From the NCBI RefSeq assembly GCF_009914755.1, contig NC_060948.1: 64,000 nt of DNA, one strand, 5' to 3'. The stretch is from the human T2T-CHM13v2.0 reference genome, Homo sapiens. Numbering within the stretch: position 1 is the first letter of the stretch; each line of letters opens with the position of its first letter. Shown here piece after piece: positions 43,401 to 56,804 of this stretch. The position numbers were made by a program, and so were the translations under genes. The notes under the pieces were generated by a model. The model was given only the letters and a program-made list of their open reading frames with translations, did not search any database and was not told the DNA's origin.

Positions 43401-46400
43401 CTGCAATGGAAAGGTCTCGAATGGAATGGAAATTAATGGAATGGAATGGAATCGAATGAAATGGAGTCAAAAGGAATGGAATCGAATGGCAAGAAATCGA
43501 ATGTAATGGAATCGCAAGGAATTGATGTGAACGGAACGGAATGGAATGGAATCCAAAGGAATGGAATAGAATGGAATGGAATCGAATGGAAAGGACTCGA
43601 ATGGAAATCACTCGAATAGAATGCAATTTAATAAAATAGGATCAAATGTAATGGAATGGAATGGAAAGGAATCGAAACGAAAGGAATGGAGACAGATGGA
43701 ATGGAATGGAACAGAGAGCAATGGTATAGAATGGAATGGAATCATCTGGAATGGAATTGAATGGAATGGAATAATATGAAATGGAATGGAATGGAATGGA
43801 ATGGAATGCCCTTGAATTAAATGGACTGGAATGGAATGGACTCGAACAGAGTGGAATGGAAAGTGTTGAGATAGAATGGAATGGACTCGTTTGGAATGGT
43901 CTAGTAGGCAATGCAATCGACTGGCAGGGAATCAAAAGGAATGTAATGGAATGGATTGGACTGGAATGCAATGGACTCGAATAGATTGGAAACGGAATGC
44001 AAAGGAATGGAATGGAATAGTATGGAATGGAATGGAAAAGCATGCAGTGGAATAGACTAGAGTGGAATGGAATGGACTGGAAAGCAATGGACTGGAATGG
44101 AACTTTCTTGAATGGACTGGAATCAAACGGAATGGAATGCAATGCAATCAAATGGCATGGAATAAAATAGAATGAAAGAGAATCAAATGGAATTGAATCG
44201 AATGGAATCGAATGGATTGGAAAGGAATAGAATGGAATGGAATGGAATTGACTCAAATGGAATGGACTAGAATGGAATGGATTCGAATGGAAGGCAAAGG
44301 AATGGAATCTATTGGAATGGACTGTAATGGAATGGAATGGAAGGGATTGGAATGGACTCGAATGGAATGGACTGCAATAGAAAGGATTCGAATGGAATGA
44401 AAAAGAATTGAATGGAATAGAACAGAATGGAATGAAATCGAATGAAATGGAATGGAATAGAAAGGAATGGAATGAAATGGAATGGAAAGGATTCGAATGG
44501 AATGCAATCGAATGGAATGGAATCGAACGGAATGGAATAAAATGGAAGAAAACTGGCAAGAAATGGAATCGAAATGAATGGAGTGTTATGGAACGGACTC
44601 AAAAGGAATTGAATGTAATAGAATGGAGTGGAGTGGACTCGAATATAATGGACTGGAATGGAATGAAATCACATGGAATGGGAACGAATGGAATGGAATG
44701 GAAAGGAATGGAATCGAATGGAAAGGAATCGAATGGAAGGGAATGAAATTGAATCAACAGGAATGGAAGGGAATAGAATAGACGGTAATGGAATGGACTC
44801 GAATAGAATGGACACGAATGCTCAAATTGAATGGACTCGAATGGAATGGAAACGAAAGGAATGTCATCGAATGGAATTGAATGGATTGGAATGAAATCGC
44901 ATAGAATGGAGTGGAATCAAATGGAATTGAATCGAAAGGAAAGGAAGCGAATGGACTGAAATGAAATGGAATGGAATTGAATGGAAAGTAATGCAATGGA
45001 ATAGAATGGAACGAAATTTCACGGAATGGAATCAAACTGAATGGAATCAAATCAATGGAATCTAATCAAATGGAATGGAAAGGAATTGAATGGAGTAGAT
45101 TGGATTGGATGGGATTGGAATGAAATGTACTGGAAAGGACTCGAATTTCATGAAACGGAATGGAATGAATTGGAACGGAACGGACTCGAATGGAATGGAA
45201 TGTCATGGAATGGCATCAAATGGAATGGCATCAAATGGAATGGAATCGAATGCAATGGAATGCTATGGAATGGAATGGAATGCATTGGAATGGAATGTCC
45301 TCTAATGGAATGGATTCGAGTGGAATGGCATCGAATATAATGGAGTCGAATGTAATGGAATTGAAAAGAATGGGATCGAATTCAATGGAATATACTGGAA
45401 TGTAATGTAATGAACTCGAATGTAATTGACTGGAATGGAATGTACATGAATGGAATGTAATCGAATGGAAAGTAATCCAATGGAATAGAAACTAATGCAA
45501 TAAAATCGACTCAAATAGAGTAGAATGTAATGGAATGGAGTGCAGTGCAATGGAATGGAATGGAATGGAATGCAATGGAATGGAATGGAATGGAATGGAA
45601 TGGGATGGAATGGTGTGGAATGGATAGTAATGGACTGGTGTGAAATGGACTGGAAAGGAATGGACTCAAATTGAAAGGGCTCGAAAGGAATGGAGTCAAA
45701 TGGAATGGTCTGGAATGGAATGAACACGAATGTAATGCAATCCAATAGAATGGAATCGAATGGCATGGAATATAAAGAAATGGAATCGAAGAGAATGGAA
45801 ACAAATGGAATGGAATTGAATGGAATGGAATTGAATGGAATGGGAAGGAATGGAGTGAAATTGTATGCAGTAGAAGAGAATAGAATGGAATGCAAGTGAA
45901 AGGAAAGGAATGGATTGGAATGGAATGGAATTCATTGGAATGGAAGGGAATGTAGTGTAATGGACAGGCCTGGAATAAAGTGGAATGCTACGGTCTCGAA
46001 TGGAATAAAAATGTATGGAATGGAATGCAATGAAACGGAATCGAATGTCATAGAATGTAATGGAATGCAACAAAATGGAATCCAAAATCATTGACTGGAA
46101 AGGCTGGGTGTCGAAAGGAATTGACTCCAATGGAATGGAATCGAATGGAATGGAAGTGAATAGAATCGAACTAAATCGAATGGAATGGAATTGATAGGAA
46201 CGGAATGGAAAGGAATGCAATGATTTGGCATGGAATGGAATCGAATGGCATCGAATGGAATGGAATGGAATGCAATGGAATGGAATGTATTAGAATGTAA
46301 TGAACTTTAATGGAATGTACTCGAATGGATTCGACTGGAATGGAATGTTCTGGAAGTGAATGGACTCCAATGGAATGGATTCAAAAGGAATGGAATCGTA

Positions 46401-47397
46401 CGGAATGGAATCTAATGGAATGGAATTAAATGGAAATGAATCAAATTGAATAGCACGGAATTGAATTGAATGGAATGGAATGCAATGGAATCTAATGAAA
46501 CGGAAAGGAAAGGAATGGAATGGAATGGAATGGGCTGGAATGGAAAGGAATCGAAACGAATGGAATGGAATCGAACTGAAGAGACTGGAATGGAATGCAC
46601 TGGAATGGAAGGGAGTGTAATGGAAGGTTCTCGAAAAAAATGGAATCGAATGGAATGGAATTGAATGGAACGGAATAGAGTCGAATGGAATTGAATGGAA
46701 TGGAATGGACTAGAGTGAAATGGAATCGAACCACAAGGAATGGACAGGAATAGAATGGTCTCGAATTGAATGGAATCGTATGGAATGGCATCAAACGGAA
46801 TGGAATGGACAGCCACGGAATGGAATGCACTCGAATGCAATGGAGTCGAAACTAATGGACTGGAATAGAATGGACTCGACTGGTACGGACTCCAATGGAA
46901 TGGAATCGAATGGAAGGGAATCGAACGGAATGGACTCGAAGGGAAAAGACTGCAATGGAAAGGTCTCGAATGGAATGGAAATTAATAGAATGGAATGGAA
47001 TCGAATGAAATGGAGTCAAAAGGAATGGAATCGAATGGCAAGAAATCGAATGTAATGGAATCGCAAGGAATTGATGTGAACGGAACGGAATGGAATGGAA
47101 TCCAAAGGAATGGAATAGAATGGAATGGAATCGAATGGAAAGGACTCGAATGGAAATCACTCGAATAGAATGCAATTTAATAAAATAGGATCAAATGTAA
47201 TGGAATGGAATGGAAAGGAATCGAAACGAAAGGAATGGAGACAGATGGAATGGAATGGAACAGAGAGCAATGGTATAGAATGGAATGGAATCATCTGGAA
47301 TGGAATTGAATGGAATGGAATAATATGAAATGGAATGGAATGGAATGGAATGGAATGCCCTTGAATTAAATGGACTGGAATGGAATGGACTCGAACA
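26040..47397 (+). repeat. Higher-order repeat: three near-identical tandem copies of a 7,098-bp two-unit block
   Basis: Diagnostic variants recur at exactly 7,098 bp: T at 26836/33934/41032; GAATTC at 29123/36221/43319; A at 32791/39889/46987. Boundaries are approximate. Confidence 0.9.
28423..46167 (+). repeat. DYZ1 units 9-13 (each exactly 3,549 bp; starts at 28423, 31972, 35521, 39070, 42619)
   Basis: Constant 3,549-bp landmark spacing, with alternating variant types (9=11=13; 10=12). Confidence 0.9.
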
Positions 47398-49726
47398 TAG
47401 TGGAATGGAAAGTGTTGAGATAGAATGGAATGGACTCCTTTGGAATGGTCTAGTATGCAATGCAATCGACTGGTAGGGAATCAAATGGAATGTAATCGAA
47501 TGGATTGGACTGGAATGCAATGGACTCGAATAGATTGGAAACGGAATGCAAAGGAATGGAATGGATTAGTATGGAATGGAATGGAAAGGAATGGAGTGGA
47601 ATAGACTAGAGTGGAATGGAATGGACTGGAAAGCAATGGACTGGAATGGAACTTTCTTGAATGGACTGGAATCAAACGGAATGGAATGCAATGCAATCAA
47701 ATGGCATGGAATAAAATAGAATGAAAGAGAATCAAATGGAATTGAATCAAATGGAATCGAATGGATTGGAAAGGAATAGAATGGAATGGAATGGAATTGA
47801 CTCAAATGGAATGGACTAGAATGGAATGGATTCGAATGGAAGGCAAAGGAATGGAATCTATTGGAATGGACTGTAATGGAATGGAATGGAAGGGATTGGA
47901 ATGGACTCGAATGGAATGGACTGCAATAGAAAGGATTCGAATGGAATGAAAAAGAATTGAATGGAATAGAACAGAATGGAATCAAATCGAATGAAATGGA
48001 ATGGAATAGAAAGGAATGGAATGAAATGGAATGGAAAGGATTCGAATGGAATGCAATCGAATGGAATGGAATCGAACGGAATGGAATAAAATGGAAGAAA
48101 ACTGGCAAGAAATGGAATCGAAATGAATGGAGTGTTATGGAACAGACTCAAAAGGAATTGAATGTAATAGAATGGAGTGGAGTGGACTCGAATATAATGG
48201 ACTGGAATGGAATGAAATCACATGGAATGGGAACGAATGGAATGGAATGGAAAGGAATGGAATCGAATGGAAAGGAATCGAATGGAAGGGAATGAAATTG
48301 AATCAACAGGAATGGAAGGAAGTAGAATAGACGGTAATGGAATGGACTCGAATAGAATGGACACGAATGCTCAAATTGAATGGACTCGAATGGAATGGAA
48401 ACGAAAGGAATGTCATCGAATGGAATTGAATCGATTGGAATGAAATCGCATAGAATGGAGTGGAATCAAATGGAATTGAATCGAAAGGAAAGGAAGCGAA
48501 TGGACTGAAATGAAATGGAATGGAATTGAATGGAAAGTAATGCAATGGAATAGAATGGAACGAAATTTCACGGAATGGAATCAAACTGAATGGAATCAAA
48601 TCAATGGAATCTAATCAAATGGAATGGAAAGGAATTGAATGGAGTAGATTGGATTGGATGGGATTGGAATGAAATGTACTGGAAAGGACTCGAATTTCAT
48701 GAAACGGAATGGAATGAATTGGAACGGAACGGACTCGAATGGAATGGAATGTCATGGAATGGCATCAAATGGAATGGCATCAAATGGAATGGAATCGAAT
48801 GCAATGGAATGCTATGGAATGGAATGGAATGCATTGGAATGGAATGTCCTCAAATGGAATGGATTCGAGTGGAATGGAATCGAATATAATGGAGTCGAAT
48901 GAAATGGAATTGAAAGGAATGGGATCGAATAGAATGGAATATACTGAAATGTAATGTAATGAACTCGAATGTAATTGACTGGAATGGAATGTACATGAAT
49001 GGAATGTAATCGAATGGAAAGTAATCCAATGGAATAGTATCTAATGCAATAAAACCGACTCAGATAGAGTAGAATGTAATGGAATGGAGTGCAGTGCAAT
49101 GGAATGGAATGGAATTGAATGCAATGGAATGCAATGGAATGGAATGGAATGGAATGGAATGGGATGGAATGGTATGGAATGGATAGTAATGGACTGGAGT
49201 GAAATGGACTGGAAAGGAATGGACTCAAATTGAAAGGGCTCGAAAGGAATGGAGTCAAATGGAATGGTCTGGAATGGAATGAAAACGAATGTAATGCAAT
49301 CCAATAGAATGGAAACGAATGGCATGGAATATAAAGAAATGGAATCGAAGAGAATGGAAACAAATGGAATGGAATTGAATGGAATGGAATTGAATGGAAT
49401 GGGAACGAATGGAGTGAAATTGTATGCAGTAGAAGGGAATAGAATGGAATGCAAGCGAAAGGAAAGGAATGGATTGGAATGGAATGGAATTCATTGGAAT
49501 GGAAGGGAATGTAGTGTAATGGACAGGCCTGGAATAAAGTGGAATGCTACGGTCTCGAATGGAATAAAAATGTATGGAATGGAATGCAATGAAACGGAAT
49601 CGAATGTCATAGAATGTAATGGAATGCAACAAAATGGAATCCAAAATCATTGACTGGAAAGGCTGGGTGTCGAAAGGAATTGACTCCAATGGAATGGAAT
49701 CGAATGGAATGGAAGTGAATAGAATC
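46168..49726 (+). repeat. DYZ1 unit 14 (3,559 bp; chimeric: left part like units 10/12, right part divergent)
   Basis: Shares ATTAATAGAA (46987) with units 10/12, then carries variants absent from those units from 47398 onward. Confidence 0.88.
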
Positions 49727-52700
49727 GAACTAAATCGAATGGAATGGAATTGATAGGAACGGAATGGAAACGAATGCAATGATTTGGCATGGAATGGAAT
49801 CGAATGGCATCGAATGGAATGGAATGGAATGCAATGGAATGGAATGTATTAGAATGTAATGAACTTTAATGGAATGTACTCGAATGGATTCGACTGGAAT
49901 GGAATGTTCTGGAAGTGAATGGACTCCAATGGAATGGATTCAAAACGAATGGAATCGTACGGAATGGAATCTAATGGAATGGAATTAAATGGAAATGAAT
50001 CAAATTGAATAGCACGGAATTGAATTGAATGGAATCGAATGCAATGGAATCTAATGAAACGGAAAGGAAAGGAATGCAATGGAATGGAATGGGCTGGAAT
50101 GGAAAGGAATCGAAACGAATGGAATGGAATCGAACTGAAGAGACTGGAATGGAATGCACTGGAATGGAAGGGAGTGTAATGGAAGGTTCTCGAAAAAAAT
50201 GGAATCGAATGGAATGGAATTGAATGGAACGGAATAGAGTCGAATGGAATTGAATGGAATTGAATGGACTAGAGTGAAATGGAATCGAACCACAAGGAAT
50301 GGACAGGAATAGAATGGTCTCGAATTGAATGGAATCGTATGGAATGGCATCAAACGGAATGGAATGGACAGCCACGGAATGGAATGCACTCGAATGCAAT
50401 GGAGTCGAAACTAATGGACTGGAATAGAATGGACTCGACTGGTACGGACTCCAATGGAAGGGAATCGAATGGAAGGGAATCGAACGGAATGGACTCGAAG
50501 GGAAAAGACTGCAATGGAAAGGTCTCGAATGGAATGGAAATTAATGGAATGGAATGGAATCGAATGAAATGGAGTCAAAAGGAATGGAATCGAATGGCAA
50601 GAAATCGAATGTAATGGAATCGCAAGGAATTGATGTGAACGGAACGGAATGGAATGGAATCCAAAGGAATGGAATAGAATGGAATGGAATCGAATGGAAA
50701 GGACTCGAATGGAAATCACTCGAATAGAATGCAATTTAATAAAATAGGATCAAATGTAATGGAATGGAATGGAAAGGAATCGAAACGAAAGGAATGGAGA
50801 CAGATGGAATGGAATGGAACAGAGAGCAATGGTATAGAATGGAATGGAATCATCTGGAATGGAATTGAATGGAATGGAATAATATGAAATGGAATGGAAT
50901 GGAATGGAATGGAATGCCCTTGAATTAAATGGACTGGAATGGAATGGACTCGAACAGAGTGGAATGGAAAGTGTTGAGATAGAATGGAATGGACTCGTTT
51001 GGAATGGTGTAGTATGCAATGCAATCGACTGGCAGGGAATCAAAAGGAATGTAATCGAATGGATTGGACTGGAATGCAATGGACTCGAATAGATTGCAAA
51101 CGGAATGCAAAGGAATGGAATGGAATAGTATGGAATGGAATGGAAAGGAATGGAGTGGAATAGACTAGAGTGGAATGGAATGGACTGGAAAGCAATGGAC
51201 TGGAATGGAACTTTCTTGAATGGACTGGAATCAAACGGAATGGAATGCAATGCAATCAAATGGCATGGAATAAAATAGAATGAAAGAGAATCAAATGGAA
51301 TTGAATCGAATGGAATCGAATGGATTGGAAAGGAATAGAATGGAATGGAATGGAATGGACTAGAATGGAATGGATTCGAATGGAAGGCAAAGGAATGGAA
51401 TCTATTGGAATGGACTGTAATGGAATGGAATGGAAGGGATTGGAATGGACTCGAATGGAATGGACTGCAATAGAAAGGATTCGAATGGAATGAAAAAGAA
51501 TTGAATGGAATAGAACAGAATGGAATCAAATCGAATGAAATGGAATGGAATAGAAAGGAATGGAATGAAATGGAATGGAAAGGATTCGAATGGAATGCAA
51601 TCGAATGGAATGGAATCGAACGGAATGGAATAAAATGGAAGAAAACTGGCAAGAAATGGAATCGAAATGAATGGAGTGTTATGGAACGGACTCAAAAGGA
51701 ATTGAATGTAATAGAATGGAGTGGAGTGGACTCGAATATAATGGACTGGAATGGAATGAAATCACATGGAATGGGAACGAATGGAATGGAATGGAAAGGA
51801 ATGGAATCGAATGGAAAGGAATCGAATGGAAGGGAATGAAATTGAATCAACAGGAATGGAAGGGAATAGAATAGACGGTAATGGAATGGACTCGAATAGA
51901 ATGGACACGAATGCTCAAATTGAATGGACTCGAATGGAATGGAAACGAAAGGAATGTCATCGAATGGAATTGAATCGATTGGAATGAAATCGCATAGAAT
52001 GGAGTGGAATCAAATGGAATTGAATCGAAAGGAAAGGAAGCGAATGGACTGAAATGAAATGGAATGGAATTGAATGGAAAGTAATGCAATGGAATAGAAT
52101 GGAACGAAATTTCACGGAATGGAATCAAACTGAATGGAATCAAATCAATGGAATCCAATCAAATGGAATGGAGTAGATTGGATTGGATGGGATTGGAATG
52201 AAATGTACTGGAAAGGACTCGAATTTCATGAAACGGAATGGAATGAATTGGAACGGAATGGACTCGAATGGAATGGAATGTCATAGAATGGCATCAAATG
52301 GAATGGCATCAAATGGAATGGAATCGAATGCAATGGAATGCTATGGAATGGAATGGAATGCATTGGAATGGAATGTCCTCTAATGGAATGGATTCGAGTG
52401 GAATGGAATCGAATATAATGGAGTCGAATGAAATGGAATTGAAAGGAATGGGATCGAATAGAATGGAATATACTGGAATGTAATGTAATGAACTCGAATG
52501 TAATTGACTGGAATGGAATGTACATGAATGGAATGTAATCGAACGGAAAGTAATCCAATGGAATAGAATCTAATGCAATAAAATCGACTCAGATAGAGTA
52601 GAATGTAATGGAATGGGGTGCAGTGCAATGGAATGGAATGGAATGGAATGCAATGGAATGGAATGGAATGGAATGGAATGGAATGGAATGGGATGGAATG

Positions 52701-53255
52701 GTACGGAATGGATGGTAATGGACTGGAGTGAAATGGACTGGAAAGGAATGGACTCAAATTGAAAGGGCTGGAAAGGAATGGAGTCAAATGGAATGGTCTG
52801 GAATGGAATGAACACGAAAGTAATGCAATCCAATAGAATGGAATCGAATGGCAAGGAATATAATGAAATGGAATCGAAGAGAATTGAAACAAATGGAATG
52901 GAATTGAATGGAATGGAATTGAATGGAATGGGAACGAATGGAGTGAAATTGTATGCAGTAGAAGGGAATAGAATGGAATGCAAGCGAAAGGAAAGGAATG
53001 GATTGGAATGGAATGGAATTCATTGGAATGGAAGGGAATGTAGTGTAATGGACAGGCCTGGAATAAAGTGGAATGCTACGGTCTCGAATGGAATAAAAAT
53101 GTATGGAATGGAATGCAATGAAACGGAATCGAATGTCATAGAATGTAATGGAATGCAAAATAATGGAATCCAAAATCATTGACTGGAAAGGCTGGGTGTC
53201 GAAAGGAATTGACTCCAATGGAATGGAATCGAATGGAATGGAAGTGAATAGAATC
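49727..53255 (+). repeat. DYZ1 unit 15 (3,529 bp; -15, -15, +10)
   Basis: Same two 15-bp deletions as unit 5 (near 51350 and 52170). Confidence 0.9.
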
Positions 53256-56200
53256 GAACTAAATCGAATGGAATGGAATTGATAGGAACGGAATGGAAAG
53301 GAATGCAATGATTTGGCACGGAATGGAATCGAATGGCATCGAACGGAATGGAATGGAATGCAATTGAATGGAACGTATTAGAATGTAATGAACTTTAATG
53401 GAATGTACTCGAATGGATTCGACTGGAATGGAATGTTGTGGAAGTGAATGGACTCCAATGGAATGGATTCAAAAGGAATGGAATCGTACGGAATGGAATC
53501 TAATGGAATGGAATTAAATGGAAATGAATCAAATTGAATAGCATGGAATTGAATTGAATGGAATCGAATGCAATGGAATCTAATGAAACGGAAAGGAAAG
53601 GAATGGAATGGAATGGAATGGGCTGGAATGGAAAGGAATCGAAACGAATGGAATGGAATCGAACTGACGAGACTGGAATGGAATGCACTGGAATGGAAGG
53701 GAGTGTAATGGAAGGTTCTCGAAAAAAATGGAATCGAATGGAATGGAATTGAATGGAACGGAATAGAGTCGAATGGAATTGAATGGAATGGAATGGACTA
53801 GAGTGAAATGGAATCGAACCACAAGGAATGGAGAGGAATAGAATGGTCTCGAATTGAATGGAATCGTATGGAATGGCATCAAACGGAATGGAATGGACAG
53901 CCACGGAATGGAATGCACTCGAATGCAATGGAGTCGAAACTAATGGAATGGAATAGAATGGATTCGACTGGTACGGACTCCAATGGAATGGAATCGAATG
54001 GAAGGGAATCGAACGGAATGGACTCGAAGGGAAAAGACTGCAATGGAAAGGTCTCGAATGGAATGGAAATTAATGGAATGGAATGGAATCGAATGAAATG
54101 GAGTCAAAAGGAATGGAATCGAATGGCAAGAAATCGAATGTAATGGAATCGCAAGGAATTGATGTGAACGGAACGGAATGGAATGGAATCCAAAGGAATG
54201 GAATAGAATGGAATGGAATCGAATGGAAAGGACTCGAATGGAAATCACTCGAATAGAATGCAATTTAATAAAATAGGATCAAATGTAATGGAATGGAATG
54301 GAAAGGAATCGAAACGAAAGGAATGGAGACAGATGGAATGGAATGGAACAGAGAGCAATGGTATAGAATGGAATGGAATCATCTGGAATGGAATTGAATG
54401 GAATGGAATAATATGAAATGGAATGGAATGGAATGGAATGGAATGCCCTTGAATTAAATGGACGGGAATGGAATGGACTCGAACAGAGTGGAATGGAAAG
54501 TGTTGAGATAGAATGGAATGGACTCGTTTGGAATGGTCTAGTATGCAATGCAATCGACTGGCAGGGAATCAAAAGGAATGTAATGGAATGGATTGGACTG
54601 TAATGCAATGGACTCGAATAGATTGGAAACGGAATGCAAAGGAATGGAATGGAATAGTATGGAATGGAATGGAAAGGAATGGAGTGGAATAGACTAGAGT
54701 GGAATGGAATGGACTGGAAAGCAATAGACTGGAATGGAACTTTCTTGAATGGACTGGAATCAAACGGAATGGAATGCAATGCAATCAAATGGCATGGAAT
54801 AAAATAGAATGAAAGAGAATCAAATGGAATTGAATCGAATGGAATCGAATGGATTGGAAAGGAATAGAATGGAATGGAATGGAATTGACTCAAATGGAAT
54901 GGACTAGAATGGAATGGATTCGAATGGAAGGCAAAGGAATGGAATCTATTGGAATGGACTGTAATGGAATGGAATGGAAGGGATTGGAATGGACTCGAAT
55001 GGAATGGACTGCAATAGAAAGGATTCGAATGGAATGAAAAAGAATTGAATGGAATAGAACAGAATGGAATGAAATCGAATGAAATGGAATGGAATAGAAA
55101 GGAATGGAATGAAATGGAATGGATAGGATTCGAATGGAATGCAATCGAATGGAATGGAATTGAACGGAATGGAATAAAATGGAAGAAAACTGGCAAGAAA
55201 TGGAATCGAAATGAATGGAGTGTTATGGAACGGACTCAAAAGGAATTGAATGTAATAGAATGGAGTGGAGTGGACTCGAATATAATGGACTGGAATGGAA
55301 TGAAATCACATGGAATGGGAACGAATGGAATGGAATGGAAAGGAATGGAATCGAATGGAAAGGAATCGAATGGAAGGGAATGAAATTGAATCAACAGGAA
55401 TGGAAGGGAATAGAATAGACGGTAATGGAATGGACTCGAATTGAATGGACACGAATGCTCAAATTGAATGGACTCGAATGGAATGGAAACGAAAGGAATG
55501 TCATCGAATGGAATTGAATCGATTGGAATGAAATCGCATAGAATGGAGTGGAATCAAATGGAATTGAATCGAAAGGAAAGGAAGCGAATGGACTGAAATG
55601 AAATGGAATGGAATTGAATGGAAAGTAATGCAATGGAATAGAATGGAACGAAATTTCACGGAATGGAATCAAACTGAATGGAATCAAATCAATGGAATCT
55701 AATCAAATGGAATGGAAAGGAATTGAATGGAGTAGATTGGATTGGATGGGATTGGAATGAAATGTACTGGAAAGGACTCGAATTTCATGAAACGGAATGG
55801 AATGAATTGGAACGGAATGGACTCGAATGGAATGGAATGTCATGGAATGGCATCAAATGGAATGGCATCAAATGGAATGGAATCGAATGCAATGGAATGC
55901 TATGGAATGGAATGGAATGCATTGGAATGGAATGTCCTCTAATGGAATGGATTCGAGTGGAATGGAATCGAATATAATGGAGTCGAATGAAATGGAATTG
56001 AAAAGAATGGGATCGAATACAATGGAATATACTGGAATGTAATGTAATGAACTCGAATGTAATTGACTGGAATGGAATGTACATGAATGGAATGTAATCG
56101 AATGGAAAGTAATCCAATGGAATAGAAACTAATGCAATAAAATCGACTCAAATAGAGTAGAATGTAATGGAATGGAGTGCAGTGCAATGGAATGGAATGG

Positions 56201-56804
56201 AATGGAATGCAATGGAATGGAATGGATTGGAATGGAATGGGATGGAATGGTGTGGAATGGATAGTAATGGACTGGTGTGAAATGGACTGGAAAGGAATGG
56301 ACTCAAATTGAAAGGGCTCGAAAGGAATGGAGTCAAATGGAATGGTCTGGAATGGAATGAACACGAATGTAATGCAATCCAATAGAATGGAATCGAATGG
56401 CATGGAATATAAAGAAATGGAATCGAAGAGAATGGAAACAAATGGAATGGAATTGAATGGAATGGAATTGAATGGAATGGGAACGAATGGAGTGAAATTG
56501 TATGCAGTAGAAGAGAATAGAATGGAATGCAAGTGAAAGGAAAGGAATGGATTGGAATGGAATGGAATTCATTGGAATGGAAGGGAATGTAGTGTAATGG
56601 ACAGGCCTGGAATAAAGTGGAATGCTACGGTCTCGAATGGAATAAAAATGTATGGAATGGAATGCAATGAAACGGAATCGAATGTCATAGAATGTAATGG
56701 AATGCAAAAAAATGGAATCCAAAATCATTGACTGGAAAGGCTGGGTGTCGAAAGGAATTGACTCCAATGGAATGGAATCGAATGGAATGGAAGTGAATAG
56801 AATC
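53256..56804 (+). repeat. DYZ1 unit 16 (3,549 bp)
   Basis: Landmark spacing. Confidence 0.9.
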
